Below are positions 59,450-64,000 of a stretch of DNA of 64,000 bases, one piece after another. The translations under genes were made by a program, and so were the position numbers. Each line of letters opens with the position of its first letter. Position 1 is the stretch's first letter. This DNA is from Candidatus Entotheonellaceae bacterium (GTDB lineage Bacteria; Tectomicrobia; Entotheonellia; Entotheonellales; Entotheonellaceae): contig OZ250173.1 of the NCBI GenBank assembly GCA_965238075.1, positions 3,136,001 to 3,200,000 on the forward strand, read 5' to 3'. The notes under the pieces are model-generated. The model did no database searches and was not told the DNA's origin. It was given only the letters and a program-made list of their open reading frames with translations.

Positions 59450-60129
59450 CCTACGTTGTCATTCCCGCAAAAAACTTTCACGGCGCCAAGCAGCGTTTGG
59501 CGGGGCTGTTGCAGCCCCATGAACGCTCAGCGTTGGCACGGGCCACCCTGACCGACACGCTGACGGCGTGTGTGCAGGCGGAGGGGCTGGCGGGTATCGG
59601 CGTGGTGACCTGTGATCGTGAGGTGGCTGAACTGGCCGAGTCGCTGCGGGCGGAAGTGTTGTGGGAGGCCCAGGGGCGCGGGCAAAGCGAGGCCGTGGCC
59701 AGAGGCGGCCGGGAATGCCTGCGGCGAGGCATCCCTTCCATGCTGACCATGCCGGGCGATATTCCGCTGCTGATGGCCGCCGACGTAGAGGCGCTGGCGT
59801 TGGCTTCGCAGTCGGCGGCGCCAGTGGTCCTGGTTCCGAATCGCGAGGATACGGGGACGAATGCCCTGGTGCTGACGCCGCCAGATTGTCTGCCGGTGGC
59901 CTTCGGCGACGATAGCTTCCGGCGCCATCTACGGCTGTGCGCGGAACGCGACCTGGTTGTTGATGTGCGCCGCATGCCGCGGGTGGCGCTGGACATCGAC
60001 ACGCCGGAGGACTTGGCGGTGTTTGTGGCACAACGCGTTCCCAGCCATAGTTTGCAGGCGTTGACGGACCTTGGCGTTCTCGAACGCTGTGCAGCCGTGC
60101 CCTGCCCTGTTGTGAGTGACCCATCATGA
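59446..60129 (+). CDS. cofC: Guanylyltransferase CofC (FbiD)
   Basis: IPAK, AKQRL, PGDIP, GTNAL, FG.DSF.RH, DIDTPEDL. Confidence 0.95.
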   Translation: MTYVVIPAKNFHGAKQRLAGLLQPHERSALARATLTDTLTACVQAEGLAGIGVVTCDREVAELAESLRAEVLWEAQGRGQSEAVARGGRECLRRGIPSMLTMPGDIPLLMAADVEALALASQSAAPVVLVPNREDTGTNALVLTPPDCLPVAFGDDSFRRHLRLCAERDLVVDVRRMPRVALDIDTPEDLAVFVAQRVPSHSLQALTDLGVLERCAAVPCPVVSDPS

Positions 60130-60884
60130 CGGTTTCTGAAGTGCGGATTCTGAGTGTTCCGGGCATCCCCATCATTGTGCCGGGCGATGATCTGGCCGGC
60201 CTCATTCAGCAGGCAGCCGAGAACGCATCGCTGACGGTGCAAGACGGCGATATCGTGGTGGTGACCCAGAAAATCGTCTCCAAGGCCGAGGGGTGCCTGG
60301 TGTCGCTGGCTGATGTCACACCGTCGCCCCTGGCCGAGCAATTTGCCCGGCAGTGGGACAAGGACGCCCGGCAGGTCGAGGTGGTGCTGCAGGAATCGCG
60401 GCGTATCGTCAAGATGGACCGCGGGGTCATCATCGCCGAGACGCATCACGGTTTCATTTGCGCCAATGCCGGTGTTGACCGATCCAATATGGAGGGTGAC
60501 GACGTGGTTGCCGTGCTGCCGCCGGATCCGGATGCCTCGGCGCGTGCCATTCGTGACCACTTGCGGGAGCAAATGGGCGTGGAGGTCGCCGTGATCATCT
60601 CGGACACCTTCGGACGGCCCTGGCGCGAAGGTCTGGTCAACGTCGCTATTGGCCTCGCGGGTATGCAGGCCAACGTGGACTACACGGGCCAATACGACGC
60701 GCAGGGCTACGAACTGAAGGTGACGGCCCTGTCGGTAGCGGACGAATTGGCGGCGGCCGCCGAATTGGTGATGAACAAGCTGGACAACGTGCCGGTTGCC
60801 GTGATTCGAGGCTACGACTATCCGCGCGGCGACGGTGACCTGAGCCAGTTGATCCGTGATCCGGAGCGTGATTTGTTCCGTTGA
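60126..60884 (+). CDS. cofE: Coenzyme F420-0:L-glutamate ligase CofE (no nitroreductase domain)
   Basis: PGDDL, KIVSKAEG, CANAGVDRSN, PPDPDASA, SDTFGRPWREG, DLFR. Confidence 0.97.
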   Translation: MTVSEVRILSVPGIPIIVPGDDLAGLIQQAAENASLTVQDGDIVVVTQKIVSKAEGCLVSLADVTPSPLAEQFARQWDKDARQVEVVLQESRRIVKMDRGVIIAETHHGFICANAGVDRSNMEGDDVVAVLPPDPDASARAIRDHLREQMGVEVAVIISDTFGRPWREGLVNVAIGLAGMQANVDYTGQYDAQGYELKVTALSVADELAAAAELVMNKLDNVPVAVIRGYDYPRGDGDLSQLIRDPERDLFR

Positions 60885-60900
60885 GAGAAAAGGAGTGCAT

Positions 60901-61548
60901 GTGATCGTAAGCATTTTGGGTGGGACGGGTGAGCAAGGTCCGGGAATGGCTTTGCGGTGGGCCAAGGCCGGTATTCAGGTTGTCATCGGCTCTCGGCAGC
61001 AGAGCAAGGCCGCGCAGGTGGCCGGCGAGTTGAACGAGGAATTGGGCGAGGCCTTGATCCGGGGCATGGCGAACCCGGAAGCGGCTGCGGCCGCTGAGGT
61101 CGTGGCCCTGACGGTGCCCTTTTCAGCCCACAAGAGCACGATCGAATCGGTCAAGGCGCACCTGAAAGGCAAAGTGTTCATCGATGTCTGCGTACCCCTG
61201 GACCCTGAGAATCCCCGCAAGATGCTGATGCCCCCGGCCGGCTCGGCGACCGAGGAGGCGCAGTCCCTTCTGGGTGACGGCGTGAAGGTTGTGGCCGCGT
61301 TTCAAAACGTCGCGGCGCACGAGCTGCGTCACCTCGATCATGGGATCAAGTGCGAGGTGCTGGTGTGCGGCAACGACCGGGAGGCGCGGCAAACGGTGAT
61401 CGGCTTGGTGAAGCAGATGGGGCTGCATCCGGTTGACGCCGGTCTGGCATACAACGCCCGCGTCGTGGAAAGCCTCACCGCCCTGCTGATCGGCCTCAAC
61501 ATCCGCAACAAAGTCAAGGGCAGCGGCATCCACATCACCGGCCTCTAG
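60901..61548 (+). CDS. npdG: NADPH-dependent F420 reductase (Fno)
   Basis: GGTGEQG.GMALRWA, IGSR, TVPF, GSATE, AFQNV, VESLTALLI.LN, GIHITGL. Confidence 0.94.
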   Translation: MIVSILGGTGEQGPGMALRWAKAGIQVVIGSRQQSKAAQVAGELNEELGEALIRGMANPEAAAAAEVVALTVPFSAHKSTIESVKAHLKGKVFIDVCVPLDPENPRKMLMPPAGSATEEAQSLLGDGVKVVAAFQNVAAHELRHLDHGIKCEVLVCGNDREARQTVIGLVKQMGLHPVDAGLAYNARVVESLTALLIGLNIRNKVKGSGIHITGL

Positions 61549-61621
61549 CTCCGGGGGCCCGCCGCGGCGTATGCTAAAATTTCTGCCTTTGCCCTGCCGG
61601 GTTTCAGGGCTGCCCTGTATT

Positions 61622-61695
61622 GCCCCCTTAGCTCAGTTGGATAGAGCATCGGACTTCTAATCCGAGGGTCAGAGGTTCAAATCCTCTAGGGGGTA
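61622..61695 (+). tRNA. tRNA-Arg(TCT)
   Basis: GCCCCCTTAGCTCAGTTGGATAGAGCA-TCGGA-CTTCTAA-TCCGA...GGTTCAAATCC...AGGGGGTA. Confidence 0.96.
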
Positions 61696-61768
61696 CTGAA
61701 TCAGGCATGGCTTGCTGTCGTTTCCTATCTCCCTCATGCCTCGCGTTTTGTTCGCAGCGATTGCCGCC

Positions 61769-62089
61769 CTACTGCCGAACCGCCTGCACTCTGATGTGCA
61801 GACCTTCGCGCTCCCGCAGGTGACCGATAATCTCGAACAAGTTCCGGGCTTGCGGATTGCCCTTAGGCCCGAGCATGTGCATGAGGCTTTTGGACGACTT
61901 GGCCGTGCGCTCGCCGAGTTCCTTGAAGCCCATGGTGGCATTAATGTAGTTGCGCAGCATCGCCTTGCCGACATCCAAATCCCCCGCCAGCAGGCATTCG
62001 ATACTTTCCCTGAGCAGTTCTTCGCGAAAGGCCGCGTCCTGCTGAGCGCGCGCCCTTACCGTCTCCTTGAAATCTCGCGTCAACGTCAT
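61769..62089 (-). CDS. Addiction-module antidote / HTH antitoxin
   Basis: LTRDFKETV, LRNYINAT.GF, KSLMHMLGPKGNP.ARNLF. Confidence 0.88.
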   Translation of the reverse strand: MTLTRDFKETVRARAQQDAAFREELLRESIECLLAGDLDVGKAMLRNYINATMGFKELGERTAKSSKSLMHMLGPKGNPQARNLFEIIGHLREREGLHIRVQAVRQ

Positions 62090-62421
62090 GATTCTCCTAG
62101 CTGCCGCTTACGGCGCCTGTACCCCGCCCAAAGGCTCCTGGCGGTTTCGATATCCCTCTGCTGACGTACCTTGGTACCGCCCCCGAGCAGGATGACCAAA
62201 GTGTTTCCCTCTCTGCCGAAGTAGACCCGATAGCCGGGGCCGAAGTTTATCCGGTATTCAAAGACACCGACGCCAACACCCCGCACGTTGGAAAAGTTGC
62301 CTTGCTCCATCCGCGTGAGTGCCGTCGTTACCTTAGCCGCTGTGGTTGGGTCGAGTGCGACGAACCACTTGGCAAAGGGGCTGTTGCCTTCTTCGTCAAC
62401 GTACTCCCGGATTTCGACCAT
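62086..62421 (-). CDS. RelE/ParE-family addiction-module toxin
   Basis: SPFAKWF, GNFS, EYRINFGPGYRVYFG, LLGGGTK..Q..DI. Confidence 0.92.
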   Translation of the reverse strand: MVEIREYVDEEGNSPFAKWFVALDPTTAAKVTTALTRMEQGNFSNVRGVGVGVFEYRINFGPGYRVYFGREGNTLVILLGGGTKVRQQRDIETARSLWAGYRRRKRQLGES

Positions 62422-62672
62422 TTCTAAATAGTAAGATATAAGTCACCAAATTAACAGGCCAGGGATTGGCGTCGGAAGATCGATGGGTGCGGCGACCCTG
62501 ATTGCGGCGTGACGAATCCTTCTTCCCAACTGTCTGGTATCCGCGTAATCCGGTCAACCCCGGTCGGGAAGAAGTACCGTTTGTATCGTGTTGGTTCCGG
62601 TAGAGCGGTTTGGGGAAAGGCTCGTTGGTGATTCTGAGCCGAGACATCAGAGGCAAGGAACAGGGGTGCATC

Positions 62673-63800
<1,128 letters not shown>

Positions 63801-63838
63801 AACGACGGGAGACCTGTTGCTTGCCCAGGAAGGCCGCG

Positions 63839-64000
63839 TCAGCCCCGGAGCAGGCGTGCCAACTGCTGTCGCTGCCAGGCCTCGGCCTGCTCAAAGTATG
63901 GGAATCGACGTTCATCACGACGAAACGCCGGGGTGTGGATCGACCAGCGGCCGTTGATGCGTTGCGATGGGTTGAGTTGGTGCAGCATTTCGTGGAACAC
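63839..64000 (-). CDS. 3' end of HExxH metallopeptidase-like protein (SprT/YgjP-like), truncated by window edge
   Basis: Hand translation VFHEMLHQ...HTPAFRRDERRFP...LLRG*. Confidence 0.7.
   Translation of the reverse strand: MFHEMLHQLNPSQRINGRWSIHTPAFRRDERRFPYFEQAEAWQRQQLARLLRG

Overview
Bacterial chromosomal window, GC-rich overall and gene-dense. The gene content (Lpt/RpoN, System I* cytochrome c maturation, F420 biosynthesis, LysW pathway, fused CoA-transferases) is reminiscent of Tectomicrobia-like lineages; this taxonomy is inference only. A 28-bp XerCD dif site at 3036-3063 sits exactly where gene orientation flips: truB-rpsO-pnp point into it from the left and about 28 consecutive minus-strand genes (3063-27608) from the right. 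KOPS-like octamers converge on it, so this looks like the replication terminus. The left half is a compact housekeeping block (EF-G2, squalene synthase, apt, tRNAs, der, rpoN, lptCAB, tsaE, glmM, ftsH, tilS, mutase, ccm operon). The right half has an orphan atpI-atpB pair, thrS, a PspA/YbjN pair, a LysW operon (lysWXY-insert-lysZJ-asnS, no lysK), clpSA, F420 genes and CoA-transferase/crotonase genes. It is interspersed with integrase-free toxin-antitoxin modules, a Fic gene, gene remnants and a family of REP-like palindromes. One palindrome is split by an IS30 whose transposase takes its stop codon from the target. Two small genes missing from the ORF track (ccmD, lysW) and five tRNAs were read by hand. 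No CRISPR array, rRNA or prophage was seen. I cannot confirm a wholly new system; the best candidates are the REP/IS30/recombination-site-like hotspot at 46.9-48.5 kb and the toxin-antitoxin-interrupted LysW operon.
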